Shown in pieces: positions 63,963-64,000 of a DNA stretch of 64,000 bases. The stretch is from Camelus ferus (lineage: Eukaryota). The notes below the pieces were generated by a model. The model searched no databases and had not been told where the DNA came from. It saw only the letters and a program-made list of their open reading frames with translations. The stretch's first letter is position 1, and each line of letters opens with the position of its first letter. The stretch is from NCBI RefSeq assembly GCF_009834535.1, contig NC_045697.1, positions 47,990,001 to 48,054,000 of the forward strand. Reading direction: 5' to 3'. The position numbers and the translations under genes were made by a program.

Positions 63963-64000
63963 AAAAAGAATGTTCATTCTGTGGTTGTTTGATGCAGCAT

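Noticed and set aside
1..64000. CRISPR arrays, prokaryotic operons/defence systems, rRNA, snoRNA or intact ERV genes
   Set aside because: The window is mammalian intronic/repeat DNA. I saw no regularly spaced repeat-spacer array, no long intact ORF and no recognisable structural RNA.

Overview
Mammalian genomic DNA, most likely camelid (two tRNA-Ala-type SINEs resembling Vic-1, plus young L1 3' ends of camelid type). The window holds the CpG-island promoter and first five coding exons of CNOT6L (CCR4b deadenylase of the CCR4-NOT complex) on the + strand: 7104-7108, 42912-43033, 45388-45574, 46901-46986 and 59645-59734. These give 163 codons (MRLIGMPKEK...DNLA, the LRR region); the nuclease exons lie beyond the window. 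The rest is intron filled with L1, L2, MIR, MLT/LTR and DNA-transposon fossils. The most interesting signal is at the 5' end. Several candidate first-exon donors in the CpG island feed a tandem acceptor at exon 2 (CAG|ACTAATAG|GG-ATG, 8 nt apart, with TAA TAG and a QKI motif between). Acceptor choice would switch an upstream ATG (6690; MSLLPSA-P12-QHQHQQQ-PP-R8-PDPGALNA) between a uORF and an in-frame 45-aa N-terminal extension. The same 8 nt decide whether back-spliced circles encode an LRR-only protein or an endless ORF. Frames and coordinates are read from the sequence; actual usage is inference. Repeat family names come from pattern recognition, not a database search, and repeat boundaries without TSDs are approximate.
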